32,000 nt of DNA from Candidatus Saccharimonadota bacterium. GTDB lineage: Bacteria; Patescibacteriota; Saccharimonadia; Saccharimonadales; UBA4665. Made by a program: the position numbers and the translations under genes. The stretch's first letter is position 1; each line of letters begins with the position of its first letter. The notes under the pieces are model-generated. The model searched no databases, was not told the DNA's origin, and worked only from the letters and a program-made list of their open reading frames with translations. This document shows, piece by piece, positions 31,961 through 32,000 of this stretch. The DNA lies in the NCBI GenBank assembly GCA_963716945.1, contig OY970322.1, positions 510,001 to 542,000 of the forward strand, written 5' to 3'.

Positions 31961-32000
31961 TGATTAGCGGTTTTAGCGGCGGTAAAGCGAGTGGTTCTTA

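Overview
The window is densely coding, GC-rich in genes and AT-rich between them. Gene content and style suggest a small-genome bacterium, possibly Patescibacteria/Saccharibacteria-like; that placement is inference only. Left to right: (1) the 3' part of a Pif1/RecD-type helicase, then a TasA-like secreted protein, an NYN nuclease, a flavodoxin-like reductase and an MBL hydrolase. (2) A promoter-to-terminator bracketed pair of small membrane-anchored proteins. (3) A compact, translationally coupled dcw cluster, mraZ-rsmH(frameshifted)-ftsL-ftsI-mraY-ftsW-murG-ftsQ, with no mur ligases and no ftsA/ftsZ. (4) A 680-bp ORF-free convergent gap. (5) On the minus strand: a sigma-region-4/HARE-HTH protein, topA, a 58-aa glycine-zipper ORF and dprA. 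(6) An orphan ~400-nt unit with a near-consensus promoter, an intrinsic terminator and several UUCG-capped hairpins. This is my best candidate for an undescribed structured ncRNA. (7) A DUF218 gene, pth and der. (8) Two histidine kinases and a response regulator with a ~380-aa proline-rich tail, plus a pseudouridine synthase and a membrane protein. (9) tRNA-Glu(CUC), followed by an accessory-looking segment. It holds two orphan proteins and an umuC / umuD-like cassette preceded by an unannotated 46-codon ORF and a structured leader. (10) A stand-alone receiver protein. Window-wide signals are a recurrent exact decamer AAAACAAAAA at start codons of the dcw region and repeated leaderless promoter geometry. 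All calls come from reading the sequence and from motif memory; no database search was run.
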